From Geosiphon pyriformis uo1 (taxonomy: Eukaryota > Fungi > Glomeromycota), in assembly GCA_016748015.1 (NCBI GenBank), contig JAAOMT010000258.1, positions 436,173-500,172 on the forward strand: 64,000 nt of DNA, given 5' to 3'. The position numbers and the translations under genes were made by a program. Positions 1 to 14,534 of the stretch are shown here, piece after piece (positions within the stretch are counted from its first letter, which is position 1; each line of letters opens with the position of its first letter). The notes beneath the pieces were generated by a model, which saw only the letters and a program-made list of their open reading frames with translations, was not told the origin of the DNA and did not search any database.

Positions 1-2200
1 TCAGTTTTTAATTAGTTTACATGTATATTTCACTCTATTCTAAATGGTAATTTTGTTAAAAAAAAGATGTTTACATTTAATATTGTATATATAAATAAAG
101 TACATATAATGTATATTATTATAAAATTATTTGTTTTAGTTTAAAAAATGTATATTTGTATATTTATTAATAATTTAGTTAAAAATATTGGTTTATTAAA
201 TGTTGTAAATAGTATTTTGGCCTATTTTTAAACTTAAATTTGAATATAAAGTAAAAATTTATGGTTTATTGTTATTTATATTGGGTAAATTGCAAACTAT
301 AACTTTAATATTCAAGTATATATTAGTTTTAAGCAAAAAATTGTTAAATTAATTATTATAAAATGTTTATTAAGCTAAGTTGTAATTAACTATATTTAAT
401 TTTTGTAACTATTATTAAATAAAACATTATCATATAAGCAATATTTTTTTTTTAAAAAAAGTTTTTGTTATATAATTTAAGATTAAACAAATTTTTATTT
501 TTAATTAATATCAACGAAAATTTTTTTAATAATTAATAATAAAATATATTTAGTAATACTTAATATTTGTCAAATTAAATAGAAAATTAAACTTAATATT
601 AAAATGATTAATTTTTTATTAATATAAAATATTAATTAATATTGTATTATCTTGGTTTAATATTCTAATTTTTTCATAATTTTTGAATTTATAGTAGAAT
701 TACAATTAGTTTGTATATATATATAATAAAATTATTACATAAAAAATAATTTATAACAGTAAAAATAACTTTATTTTGCAAATTATTGTGTATTTAATAT
801 AATAAAATAGAATTTGGCTGTTTATTAAAAATTATTAAATAAGTATTTTTTATTTTTGCAATTAATAATTGATGTAAGTTTAAGTATTTTTTTGGTATTT
901 TTAGTTTTTAAAATATGTGTCAACAATAATAATTTATATATAATAATAGTATTAAAATTAATTAATTTTGTTTATATATTAGTAATAAAATATAATAAAT
1001 ATATTTGCTTAAAATTACATTGGAAAAAAAACAGTTTACTACATAATAATAGTTTTGTATTTGTTAATATTTATAATATTTTTATTATTTTGTTAATTAA
1101 TATAATACAAATGCTTAATATTATGAAAAATTATATTGTAAGTTTTGGTTTAAAAGTGTATTATTTGTTCTTTTTTTGATTGAAAAAAAATATTTTATTT
1201 AAAATAATTACATAATTAATCTAAGTAACTAGTTATATGTAGTAAATATATAGTTTATATTTAATTTAAAATATTTGATTGTTATATTATTCAGATAGTA
1301 ATTAGATCTTGTTTATTAACTAAATAAAAAATTAAATTAAATTTTCAATTAATATATAAAATATTTTGCTATATAAATAAGAATTCGATTGGTTTAAGAA
1401 TATATATAATAAAGATATTTTACAATAGGCTATTTATTATTAAAAGAAAAAAAATTTAAAATCATAATTACTCAAATACTTTGTATATAAAATGTGAAAA
1501 GATAAAAAATTTTAACTATGTATTTAAGTATAATTACAATCATAAATTCAGAATTAAAATTCTAAATAATTGTTGAAAAATGTAATATGCTATGAATATT
1601 AAGTTGGTTTAATTGATAATTGTTTGAAACATTAACATAATAAAAGACTGTGAATTCAAAAATGATTTTGTAAATTGCTTGGTCTTATATAAAACATTGG
1701 CTAAAGAAATAATGCCAATAAGCTGGTTTGCTAAAACAAAATATTTGTTTGCTAACATTAAGATCATGAAGTATTAAGTGGTAAATTTGATAAAAAATGT
1801 GTTTACTGAACACAAAAACAAAGTCTGATTGTCTATAATGACTCTAAGATCTTTTTTTAAAGTCTGAGAATTAATTAAAGATTTGGATCAAGAACTAATG
1901 GTTAAATAAAATGATAAAACCCAAGTAAATTTGGAATTTTGGTCTTTTGTACAATTACAAGTATATAATTGAAATAAGATTTATCCATAAGTTAATCAAT
2001 ACAAATATAGTAAATACATAGAATATAATAAGGTTTAGATTTATTCATAGTATGTGACAAGTTGGTTTTGTGTAGTCTAGATTGGCCAGAGTGGTTAATT
2101 GTATTTAGATAATGCGTAATTTACATGTACTTTGAGCATATAAATGTTTCATCTTGGTAAATTGTGATTGGGCTACCCTTGCATAAGCATAAAAAAAAAT
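1..2200 (+). mobile_element. Heavily decayed LINE 3' relic (ORF2 C-terminus, 3' tail, A-tail)
   Basis: Manual translation gives NSIGLRIYIIKIFYNRLFIIKRKKI*NHNYSNTLYIKCEKIKNFNYVF (~1380-1530), matching SSAGLHLYIIKAVHKRLPVTVKKNLYDKLYPSVLYFYCGEVVFPDHVF of the 14648 LINE ORF. LYKTLAKEIMPISWFAKTKYLF (~1685) matches LYSVMCKEFVLKDWCAEAVGIF (~54020). The shared 3' motif is at ~2070-2180, followed by an A-run. The 5' boundary is uncertain. Confidence 0.75.
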
Positions 2201-2785
2201 ACATAAATATATTTTTAAGAATTTATTAAATTAGGCGAAAATAAATTGCAAAACAAAATATAGATCTTGATATATGCTAAAAAAAACAATATATATATAT
2301 ATTTCATTCAGGTAAAAAATTTTTCACAAAAAAAGAGATTAAAAACATTCATTCAAAAATGATGACATATAAATTTTTTAATAAATATTTATTTTGTAAT
2401 ATATTAATCAATCAAATAATTATTTTTATTGCATTTGTTTAACTTCAAAGGTATCATCAATAAAATTGAATACAATTTATCTTAGGTTTCGAATGTGTAT
2501 ATCATTAAAGATAGCTTGACTTCGTTTTCATAGAAAAATAAGTTGAAAATTCTTTCTAGTTCTCTCTCTCTCTCTCTCTCTCTTGATATAAACAAGAACT
2601 TGAAAGCTTTTTAATTTTCTGTACTTAACAAGTCAAAAGCGTTACTGAGATCGCGAATACCATACATCAAAGCTAAATAAAGAAAAAACTGACGAATAAG
2701 ATAAATAACTACAGAGTACTAAGCAAACTTACAAACTAATACATATTATTACCTTGAAGAGCCCAAATCATTTTTGGTAGGTACC

Positions 2786-3711
2786 AATATCTTTCTTTAT
2801 CCCGTCCTAAACTGGGGGAACGATTTTACCAATCTTGCCTTTGTCATGAGGGTGGTTGCTTTGGAAAAAAAATTCGCCTTGTTTTGGTCTATAAGATAAA
2901 AGTATGGATGGTGGGACAAAAAAGTGAGACTTGGATGCACGCGCGGAATAAAACAAATGAACTCTTACCAGATTTAGTCCCCCCATTTGTGATTGTTCTG
3001 ACTATTAAACCAAATACTATTGTTCAACTTTTACATTTGACTGGGTAGTGGTGGTGGTGGTGGTGGTGGTGGTGGTGGTAGTGGTGTTGGTGAGTATACA
3101 GGAGTAAATATAGCGAATAAAAAACATTGAAATTTTCATAAATGAAATTAATATAAATTTAACTGATGTTCTGGAGCTTTTCTAGGAAATTTAGCCTTTG
3201 GCTCATTGAACTTCTAAAGATTGATAACACTTTGAATTACCCACATTTTACAAAAAATACCCCAGAGCGAAGAATGTTTTTGGAAGCTTCATTGTTGTTG
3301 AAAGCAGAAAGTATAGAGCTGATTCTCCTGTCGAAACTTTCAGCTGACAGGTGAATGCAAGAAAATGTCAATCCCCTAGTCTTTTGACATTTTGGAAACG
3401 TGAGAAATTTATCTATTATAATGGGGCATTGGTTCGATTACGCTAAATTCTATTTTAATAAAAATTTTTCTCAACAGATTATTCTTTGAATAGTGACAGA
3501 CTGTAAACGCTTGACTTTTATAAATGACTTTTGGTGTTTTTAAAATTAATATATAAAAGTTTTTATATAGTCTTTTTTGACGCGAGATATTAAAAAATAA
3601 TTTAATTTTTTCTACCTCGAAGGTTGGTAAAAGTTTATCAATCACAACCAACGTCACCACATCCTTCCCGGAAAAATCTGGTTCAATATTGAACCGGATT
3701 CTTATTTGCAT
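2786..3711 (-). CDS. Possible spliced hypothetical gene or pseudogene (exon chain unresolved)
   Basis: Exon-like MQIRIRFNIEPDFSGKDVVTLVVIDKLLPTFE ends at a GAG|GTAGA donor (3616). Further GT-AG signals lie at ~2968 (GTAAGA) and ~2889 (TTATAG), and GC is higher than in the flanks. No single clean frame could be assembled by eye. Confidence 0.3.
3048..3085. repeat. (GGT)n microsatellite
   Basis: Direct reading. Confidence 0.9.
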
Positions 3712-4349
3712 GCATGTAATTTTTTTTTTGGTTGTTGACTTTCTTTCACAAAATATTTTGACCGTTGTTTTTCTATGTATAGATTTTTTTTAATAGAATA
3801 GTTAATCATTTAAACTAGCAACAATTTTATTTTTATATTCTTTAAGAAAAGCCCATATTTAAAAAAAAAAAAAAAATTAAATTATGAATTTCATAATTTT
3901 TGTTTTTAAAATGAACTAAATTGTTTTGAGCATTTATTTTTCATAAATGAATGAATTAAAAATTTCATTCTTTTGGTTCAAAATTTAAAGAATAATTGTA
4001 TATAATAATCAGTAGTAGAAGCTAATATTTAAATTATTAAAAGTGAAAAAAAAAGATGCAGACTTATTAACTTCAAGTGTGATTAAAATGTTCCTTTAGA
4101 AATCTTCCGATGAATCAACATGTTTGACAATGATATTAAGTAAAAATTCTAAATTAGCGTAACACTAAATTAATAATAAAAAGGAGGGACATTTAAATTT
4201 CTGACTAATATTTATTATCAAAGACAAATAAATTAAACATCGCCATTTATCGCGTTCAAAACCCCTTAAGTGAAAGTTTTTTTATTTGTATTATAAATAT
4301 ATAATTGACTCTTATTTCTATTTTATTAGATAATTAATACTGAGGAAAA

Positions 4350-4411
<62 letters not shown>

Positions 4412-5434
4412 ATAATTTTTTTTTTATTGTAATCTCTTTGATAATATCAATTCATTGTTATTTTAGTCACCGCTTTTTTATCCGAGTACATGTATAAAGA
4501 ATCTTCCATGCTAAGCTGACTTCCGTAAAAACTCAAATATTTTTAAAAAAATTCAGATTACTGTTTTGATCCAAATAATGCCAATGGTCGATATGAACAT
4601 ATTCTAACTTTCTTTGATAATAAGGATCCTAGACTAGAGTCGAGACCTGTATGAAGATTATTCCTATTGTAATTACAATTTAAAGATATTGCCGTTTCGA
4701 AAAATACTCTTAGATCACATCGAGTTATCTATATAATAAAATGACTAAAAAAGAAGAAATTAAAAGTAGCCAAAGACTTTAAAATTTTCTTTAAATAAAA
4801 GTTAATTTATTTATTGTTTTAAAATTTTTTAATATTTACATACTGAAAAACGTATTTTCCCAAGGCCATAGTCAATTAGAATTACAGTTGCAGTTTAAAA
4901 AAACACACATGATGATCTTATCCTTTTTAATTTTTCTTGTTTTAATGTAAAGCAGTTTGATATGATGTATCGAAAAAAGAAAAGATTGATTTGTCTTCAT
5001 CGACTTTCCCCCCATGTATTTATTTATATGTGTGTTATTAATCCATTACGTGACGAGATATAAGTATTTGTGGTCTTTTAGTAAGCAAATGTTAATCTAG
5101 AAAGCCGAGCAAAAAAATCATCATTAAAAGTCCAAGGATGCTTTTTTGAATCGGGCTTTCTATAAATAATATCGGAGAAAGTAATTTTCCTAAAAAAAAA
5201 AACAGTATAAAAAGAAATTCTGAGTATCAAACATAAAATTGTCAAAAGTTTATAATATATCCCGTATATACATTCAAAATATGCGGTCATCGGAGCTGGC
5301 CAACAAAAGTAGTCAAAGATTTTTTTTTTTCTGTAAAAGAAAAGGTGAGATTCGAAAAATACAAAGGGAAATTTTTAATATTTACAATCCGATACTTTTT
5401 ATTAATGAACAAACATACTGCGTTTCTTAGTCTC

Positions 5435-5435
<1 letters not shown>

Positions 5436-5507
<72 letters not shown>
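5436..5507. repeat. (AAT)n microsatellite; similar arrays at ~6172-6260, 9528-9583, 42702-42739, 47354-47398
   Basis: Direct reading. Confidence 0.95.
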
Positions 5508-6189
5508 GTTAATAGTTAATTTATGTAATTGAATTTATTTTAAAAAACAATTTAATTAAAATGTTTGTACACATGAATTCAGAATTTTTATTGACTATTG
5601 ACTATTGACTATTATCTATGTCATTGATTACTATATATAATCGCAAACCAAAAACGTATCTTGTAAAAAAAAAATATACTTGCATAAATTTTTATATGTT
5701 GGATATAAAAATATTTGCCAAACGTGGGAGACCAAATTTTTCAGAGCGTCTCTAACCACTTATGGATGCTAATGAATTGATATTTTAATTAAACAATGAA
5801 AAAAACAAATAATGTGTTTGATTTAATTTAAAATGTTTTCTATTCATATATAGAAATGTGTAATGAAATCTTTTTAGGCTTAAATTCCAATTAGACGATT
5901 CAAAAAGTCATTTGAACAGGAATTTCTGTTATCAACTAGGATATCTCACAAAATCTCTGTAAACTATCTATCATTATCTGTCGATCGATCTGAATTAAAA
6001 TAGGCTTTTTTGACATCATTCATTACGGGATTTATTATTATTATTATTATGTGCGATCGATTGTTTTCAAAGTATTTGATTTTCAAGAATGGGTTTTGAA
6101 ATTAAATATCTTTTTCCCCCATTTTTCAGTCGTTCTTATTCAATCTCATTTGAGTCTAGAATCCCCCATACAATAATAATAATAATAAT

Positions 6190-6237
<48 letters not shown>

Positions 6238-7526
6238 TAATAAATAATAATAATAATAATAAAAATTCATTTAAAATAAAATTAATAAAAAAGTTCTTTT
6301 AATATTCAAGATGCAAAAATTTTTAAATTAAAAAATGGATATTGAATATCACAGTTTTTAGCTAAAACTTTCCTTTTTGAAATAAGAAATTCGGAAAATT
6401 TAAAAGAACCAATATAAGGTAAATCAATCGACAAACATAAAAAATTTGAATGATTTGAAAGAAAAGTTAAATTAACAATTCATTAAAATTTTAGGTTTTT
6501 TTCTTAATATAGAATTATAAAAAAAATATTATTGAAATATGAAAACAAACATTTATTATTTTGATTTATTAATAGAATTAGATTATATATAATTTAATTT
6601 GTGTAAATTAATTTTTATTTACTTATCAAAAATTTATAATAATGACAATCATATATATATAATAAAACCCAAAACATTTATCTTTTTATATTTTTTATTA
6701 AAAAAAAATTTATTGGTTTTTTTTTAATAAATTATTTAAAAGAAAATAAAAACTATTTGTTTATGATACAAATTTGATTTTAATAATCATTTTTTAATTA
6801 TAATATTAAATCAAACTGTAAAAGTAAAAAAAAAAATTATTATATTTTTATTGCATTAATAAAAAAAAATCTTAATATGGGATTTTATTCATTTTAAACT
6901 AATAAAAAAAATATTATTAGTTCTTTTATAAAAATTATTTACCTTTTTGACTCCGCTTGTTTTTAAAACTTTTTTTACTTTTATTTTTTTTAAAAGGTCA
7001 AAATTATGTAGATCTATTTGTAAATAAACCTATTCTGTATTCGGTCATTAAAAAGTTATGCATGTATAAAATAAAATTGCTAAATAATAAACTGCCATTT
7101 CCGAATAAAAAATATTACGTCTCAATGCGTTGAGTCAAGAGGCCAGCTATTATTAGAATAACTTTAATTCAATTCAATTCAATTCAATTCAATTCAACTT
7201 AATTTAATTCAATTTAATTCAATCAAAAGAACAGGTTTTCTCATTGAAAAAATTACATTGCTTTTTTAGGGAGTCTAAAAGTTTCGGACCCTTTTCTTTT
7301 AAATCTATCAAGTAAGGTGAAGATGGTCTGCAAAACAAAACTTTTATTTGCAGGCTAAATAAGAAATTTATTTTCAAAAAAATTTATTAATTTTCAAGTA
7401 ATTTAAAATCTTTATTAAAACATATCCACTTATTTGATTAAATATTAATTATACAAGTTTATTAAAATGAAGCCACGTGCTTTCTAACTAATTAAGTAAA
7501 AAATAAGCCAAAGAATATTTTTTAAA

Positions 7527-7561
<35 letters not shown>

Positions 7562-7603
7562 TATTTTCCCAATGCTCTACCATTTTGAAGATTTGTTTTC
7601 CTA

Positions 7604-8659
7604 TTAAACGGGCAAAGTTTCTATGGGTCTACTAGGGAGAAGTAGGAATTGTTTTTGCAATTCATCAAGCAAATTGCCTGAATGTGATGCGAGTTGCAGA
7701 ATTTGGTTTCCCAGAGAACGATTGTTATAAATGTATTCTTCTAAATTCTGGGATTCCGAGTAACTGATTGGAATAGCGTAATTTGGATATTCTTCCCATA
7801 TTGGATGATAATTAAGGTGTGCTGCCTCTGAGGGAAAGAGAATTGAGTTTCCCGGCAAATTTTGTTGAGCTAGTAGTTGATTCTCCACGAGTTCAAACGA
7901 TGAAAAATTTTGTATAGCAAGCATTGGAGTTGTAAGCATCAACGCCTCACATTCAATCGGAAACTCGTTGGACGCAACGGAAGGATAGTTATGTTGACTT
8001 GAATTACAATGATTAGATGGTGAGGAAATTGGATAAATGTGATTACTTGATATCGGAACACGAAGATTACTTTTTTGAAAAAGAGTTTCTTCATTTGTAG
8101 TCGACACTTCCGTCTTACAATATTTATCAGAAAGAGGACCAAATGAATCTTCAGCACATATATCAACCGTTTGCTGTGATAAATCATCGAGAGACACAGG
8201 AGCTTGAAACGCAGCACTCCAAACGTGATGAAATTGATCATATGAAGCAAAGTTTGAATCTTTCTTGATCGCTGACTTTCGATTCTTCAATTTGTCATGC
8301 TCCTCGGCTTGTAGTTGTAAAGTCTCAACGCAAATTTTTTCAAACTGACGTCTAGCCTCCAACATTAGGTCGTAGTATTTTGCTTTAACATAAGCTGGCT
8401 CTTTGATCCAAAGTTTTCCTGCTAGTCGAGAAAGTTCACGCATTTTGTACCTCTCCTTTAAGGTTGGACTAAATTCACGATATACTGCCATTCGGTAGGC
8501 AAAAAAAGCATTTGGAGTTTTTGAAAGTTTTTTGTTCTTTTGAAGTTTCTTTAAGGCATTTGACATTAAATCTTGTACCGTAAGTTTTGGCGGAAAAGAA
8601 GGTTTAATAATATCTAAGGGTAACTGAGTTACAGATAATTTCTCAAAAATTGGTTGCAT
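7604..8659 (-). CDS. MATA-type HMG-box transcription factor (intronless, 351 aa)
   Basis: HMG box KTPNAFFAYRMAVYREF...MRELSRLAGKLWIKEPAYVKAKYYDLMLEARRQF fits the (RP)PNAF..YR / S...G..W..E...K..Y pattern; low-complexity C-terminus. Confidence 0.9.
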   Translation of the reverse strand: MQPIFEKLSVTQLPLDIIKPSFPPKLTVQDLMSNALKKLQKNKKLSKTPNAFFAYRMAVYREFSPTLKERYKMRELSRLAGKLWIKEPAYVKAKYYDLMLEARRQFEKICVETLQLQAEEHDKLKNRKSAIKKDSNFASYDQFHHVWSAAFQAPVSLDDLSQQTVDICAEDSFGPLSDKYCKTEVSTTNEETLFQKSNLRVPISSNHIYPISSPSNHCNSSQHNYPSVASNEFPIECEALMLTTPMLAIQNFSSFELVENQLLAQQNLPGNSILFPSEAAHLNYHPIWEEYPNYAIPISYSESQNLEEYIYNNRSLGNQILQLASHSGNLLDELQKQFLLLPSRPIETLPV

Positions 8660-8860
8660 TCCTAAATTATAAAAAAAATGAATTGTGATATCTTAAATTT
8701 TCAAAATATGGCTTGTCGGTATAAACAAAGAATTTTTTTGAACTTTCAAGTTGATGTCGCTTATATAGCCAAAGTTAAAATCGTTACAAGTGCAAACTTG
8801 ATATGTTTTTCAAGGAGGAGGAGGAGGAGATGAAGAAGAAGAAGAAGAAGAAGAATAATA

Positions 8861-8891
<31 letters not shown>

Positions 8892-9525
8892 GAAAAATAA
8901 GTTAAAGTATATTTTAATATCAGTGAGAGGAGTACTCTTTGGAAAAACTCTAGCCTCTTAAGACCTATTAAATAGAGACGAAGGTAATTTTTACCAATTT
9001 CTTCTCAACGAGAAAATACTTGTAAAAGTAAAGTGTCACACAATCATCATAAAATTATTGATCTTTTTGTTTGATTGTGATGGGTAGACCTGAGGCACAG
9101 ACACCTCAAAATCATTTTCTCTTCTTGCCTTAGTGTGCACATGCCTTTAATATCATTGGGTATTTAATTATTCTAAAGTACTCGGTCCAACCTTTAATAT
9201 AATTCGCTTACTAAGTGATTTTTAAGCCAGCTTCATCTGGTTAGACAATCTTATTTTTGGAAAGTTATTCTATATATGAATTTGAAAAATTTCTCGATGA
9301 TACTCGGGAATTTTTCATGGTACCTTACATTTGATTCCGGAAAATCCAACTTTTCCGAGTAATAGGGTATAAAATTATTCCTATTGAACTTGCATAACTT
9401 CAACTGACAGCTCTTGATTTTATTGGCAAATCAAATAATTGAATGATCTTTAATATTGTAGGTCGACCTGCGATTCATACATTAACGGTTTTACCTAGTA
9501 CACTTCTAAACTTGGGCTCTAAAGT

Positions 9526-9585
<60 letters not shown>

Positions 9586-12064
9586 TGTTCATGCATCTCA
9601 CCCCTGAAACAGTGAGACTTGAGCTAATTAAGTTTGATTTCGGAAAAATGAAAGAATTCACTCATAACTAAAGGTATTTATATTATAAAATTACATAGAC
9701 CAAAGAATTATTGTAGACAATTACTAAACCGGGCCATTGATGCCTGACTTTTATGCTTAACCCCAAACCGAAAATTATATTTTTGCAAGATTACTCAGCG
9801 GGAATTTTTTTAATTATGTAATATATTGATTAGGTCGGAAATTGAAGTCCGACAGATCAAAAATTATGCGAATTTTCACTTTTGGTTGGTTACGTATTCA
9901 ATTATACAGGTATTATTTATTTATAATATCATTATCCAATCAATCAGTTCGAAAGTCTGAGGAGTCTCACGTTTCGACTACTTTTAAGCGATCAAAGCAT
10001 GTGAATTTTTAGACAACCCGTTTTTTCAACAATTCTTAAAGCGTTGAAACTTTTTTTTTGGGGGAGGGGTTGGGATTTAAGATACTGTTTTAAAACTATA
10101 TGTCTTGTATGAATGGATCGCATAAATGAGCTAATTGAAAATTTATATGAATATTTTATAATTTTTTATGAAAGAGTTAGAATAAAAAGATTAAAAAAAA
10201 CAAAAAACAAAAAAAAACAAAAAAAAAAGATCAAAAACCGGGATGACCATGCAGCCCATTCAAGCGTGCATTTTTCAATGTCACCATCTTTGTCTAAATT
10301 AAGATAGAATATAGGATCGTCGCCCAAATTTGATTAAAATCTCAAGAAAGGCAAGATTATCCAGAATACAAATTCATTATCAAATGTGATAATCAAAGAT
10401 AATGAATCGATTAAAGATGATAAACCCACTGAAAAGGGAAAAAATGATTTAGTATAACATCTTATATAGACTAAATATATTATGAGTTTTTTTTTCAAAG
10501 CTTTTATTTATTTGTAGCTCTTTTTTTTTTTTAACAAAACGCCTTAAAATTTTCTTTGAAAGATTCAATGTTTTAATTGATCACAATTAAAGCGTTGGTT
10601 TCACAAATTTTACTTTTTCTTACAAAACTAACATAAAACAAATACTAGTCTCATAGGAATCCAAATTTCTTGTGCACTAATTTAAGATATTACTAATACA
10701 TTAATATAAAGTTCCTTTAATTTTCTAATCGAGTCAAACAGCCCCGGTAACTTTATCTTGACCTTAGGTATCAATATAACTTCAGAATTTGAATTAGGGA
10801 TCATTTCGATACTAAAGAGACTGTTGGGTATGGATCATTGTCACTTATCCCGATTAGGTAATACCTTGATGATTTTTCTCAGGAGTAGAATTTTTCAGCC
10901 ATTCAATCTTCGAATAAGTAAAGATTTTTAGGTTTCCCAAAATTCTTATCGGCCAGTTATCAAACATTCATAGATAGCAACGAGATTAGCGAAAATAACT
11001 TTTAACTATCTGCCCAGTTAGAATGTAACAAGTTTAGCTAGGATTTTCAATTGACATGTATTTTTGGAAGGTCTCAAATTGGAATTACATCGTGGAAAGA
11101 TAATGTGATCAAATATTTATCCAGCCTAAATTGATTTTTTTCCCGTACTTAAGAATAAAAATGCTATATATTAAAAAGAATAATTCATTTTTTAAGTACA
11201 ACATTATCTTTTTACAATGGCAAGATTTTCTATTACTTTATCAAAATATTGTATTTTTGGGAAAAATATATTACATTATTATATGAAGATATTTCCAAAC
11301 TTGTGTTAATATTAAAAAATAGGGTTTCTCTGAAGAACTAATATCATGGCTTTACAAATATATGCAATTTTTTACACTAAACAATTACAAAATTTATTGT
11401 GACAATTAAATTGTTTAAATCTACCTAATTTTAAGTTTACTATTAATAAAGAAAAAATATAGCCCTTTTTTTTATATTTAAAAGAAGAAAATTATTGAGT
11501 CAACTTTATTAGTTATTTTTAAAAATTACCAATCATACTATTTAATAATTATAAAAATATTTTCTTTTTCTTTTCATGATACTTTCTGAATTAAAAACTA
11601 AAATTAATTATTTAATTATTATTGTGCAAACTTAAATATATTTGTTTAATATATTTATAATTACATAAATGATTAAAAATTTTACTAAAGTTTTATTTTT
11701 TTTCATTTAAAAAATTAAAAAAAGTTTTTTGCATAAAAAATACCAAAACAACATCATGTAAAAAATACTTAAAAATTTTAAATATAATTTTTAAATGATA
11801 ATAAATCTTGTATTTTGTAATGCTGTTTACCAAGTTACTCTTACATATATTTGTATAATAAACTAAATTCAATTTCAAGATTTATTTAAAGACTTTGATT
11901 TTTATTTTTTATGAAAATGGAAAAGATCATTTTTATTAATTCAAAAAACATTCTTTTTCTAAAGATATTTAAATTATTAATATATTAACTTAAGACCAAG
12001 TTTTATTTAAAGCATGAAAATATGATTGATTTAAAAACTGAAACTATTAAAAAAAAACTTAAAA

Positions 12065-12780
12065 CCATATTCTTCGGATTCAATACACAGAAAAATCTGA
12101 CGATAGAACGTCTACAATCAAATTCAATCCCAATCATACTTAGTGGTATATAATCTATGTTCGTACTACAGAAGAATCTTTCGATATTTAAATATTTTGT
12201 ACAAATTCCCAACTGCCTAAATGAGGTTGGTTTGAGTGTAATACTGCAAGATGACATTCAAACAAAAGTTGAATGAAAAATGCTCTCAACATACTCAAAA
12301 GCTACAATCTCGTCCACGTTTTAGTTTTCTTTTTCAACAAAATAAGCATCTTCATTGTTCCTTTAGCTTCATTATTTCGAGTTGACCAATATTACTCATT
12401 ATAAACGGTAGATTCTTTTCTCACTATTGGAATTAATATAGAATCTCTTGCAGCAACTGATAAATAGTTTAATGCAAATTTGTTTATCTCAAAAACTTAC
12501 CAGCGCCCAACCAAGTTGTTTTGACCAAACAATACTAATTACATTTTTCACTATTTATATTCGTATTCTATCTGTAACCATCCTTTTTCTTTGGGTTTAT
12601 AACTACCAATACGATTGATAACGTGAATATACTTGGCAAGCTCTAGGTTCTTTACAAGTAAAAGTAATTTATTCGATAAAATATATTTATTGAACTTAAT
12701 TTTTCGGCTGCCATAGAGTTCTCTTACAAATAAATATTTACTATTATAAACAGTAATCAAAATATATATTTCTATATCAT
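12065..12780 (-). pseudogene. Deleted pseudogene paralogue of the lipase-3-like gene at 49445-50851
   Basis: Collinear DNA similarity: 12368 ttcattatttcgagttgaccaatattactcatta vs 50236 ttcattatttcgatttgaccagtattgctcatta; 12197 ttgtacaaattcccaactgcctaaat vs 49856 ttgtacaaattcgaaattgcctaaat; LELAKYIHV vs IELVKYIHI. It has stops and internal deletions but retains a GTAAGT donor at ~12500. Confidence 0.85.
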
Positions 12781-14534
12781 TTGTTAATCTAATTAGTGAT
12801 TACATCGCTTATTTAATTTACAATCAATAATACTGCCATTTATTATTTACAATCAAATTGGAATTATTTAATTGTAAATAAAAAAATATTTGGAAATCAT
12901 CCAATTACCATGAATCATAAATGGTGAAAGTCTTAATGATCAATTTTCAACCCCTTTTCAAATTTGTAGATGAATTTCTTTGACAAATCTAATCTCGATA
13001 GCGTTGAGTAAACTGCTATTCTCATTTAAGTAATTTGTGAAAGAAAGTAACCTTCCATTTGAGGTTCATAAAGGCCGAAATTATTTATCAATAAAGTCCA
13101 TCAAAGATAATGGTTAAATTTTCCCAATTTAACTTTAAGCAGCTATTTCAGGTTGTAAACCAACTTTTCTATATACCATCTTGAATCAAGAAAAATGAAA
13201 TTAAAAGATATGCTCAACATTTTAATTTAATAATAATAATAATAATAAAGTTAATTATCTAAAATTAACCAAATTTTGCGTACTACGAGTTTTTGATTTG
13301 GATTATTATTGTTAGTTTAATCAGGGCTTGCAAATGACATATTTTAATATGTAATTATTTAAAGAATTTGCAAAATGACAAAAATTATAGCTTTAGAAAT
13401 TTCTATTCTGAATTTATATATTAATAATTTAATTTTTCTCAAAATAATACATTAATTCATATGCTTTTGTTTTATTTATTGTATTACAAAAATATTTATT
13501 TCATATAAAGCTGATAATATAGTACATATGTAAATCACTAACCATATAATTGCCGAATTATCAAAAATTGAAGCAAGCTAAATATGCCATAAAAATTTTA
13601 TTTAACTCAAATAATTTTTATTGGTTTATTTAAAATAATTTTTTTTTAAAAAAAAATAATACAATTTTTTATAAATTTAGAGCTTTTAATTTTTTTTTAC
13701 AAAAAAACCATTTTAAATTAAAATACTAATCCAATATGTAAGTAACGAATGTTAAATATTAATGAAATAATATAATAAAAACTATTTTTTATTTTTTTAT
13801 TTTTAAAGCATATGTATAATAATTATTCATATTAATGTACTTTTTTGAAATAAAAAATTTTAAGCCTATTTATTATAATTGTAAAAAATAAAATAAAATT
13901 TTATAATATTAACTTAATTAAGTTTTTTAAATTGTTATGCAATTGATAACCAAAAAATTACTATTTAAATATTGAATTATTATAAAATATTAAACATAAC
14001 TATGTTTATAATTAATTTAATTGAAAATTAAAAAAATATTTTTAAGAATTTTATTTTAGCTCAAAATTTAATTTTTGATTAAAGATTAAAGTTTTTTTAC
14101 TAAAAATTTATATCTTGTCTTTTTTTGTTCTGTTATAAAGCCATATATGTAATATTTTAATTATGTAAATAAATAAATCTGTTAAATTTCTGTTTGTATA
14201 TTTTATACTTATTTAATTATTTTATTTAAATTAAAATATATTATAAATTTTTTTGTAGTTATTTTATTTAATTAAATAAATTATGTACATATTTTTAATA
14301 TTTTATAAAATAAATTTTATTTTATTTTATTATTATTATTATTGGATTATTTTCTTTTGATTTTTTTAAAAGTTTAATATTTTACTTGTCAGCTGATTTA
14401 TTTTTTGTTATCAAAAATGTATATATATATTTTTATTTTGATTATACAATATTTGCTCTATTCAAAAATAAGTCTTAAAAGTTTAATCTAAAATATTTTA
14501 CTTGTTTTTATATATGTTTATAAATACGTAAAGA

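Noticed and set aside
856-1179. Short AT-rich ORFs (856, 11693, 20245, 33180, 39605 and similar)
   Set aside because: Low-complexity chance ORFs within eroded repeats or homopolymers, many with non-ATG starts.
7604-8659. HMG-box gene as a mating-type locus
   Set aside because: MATA-HMG genes are a large family in Glomeromycotina, and no sex-locus flanking genes (triose-phosphate transporter, RNA helicase, homeodomain pair) are visible in the window.
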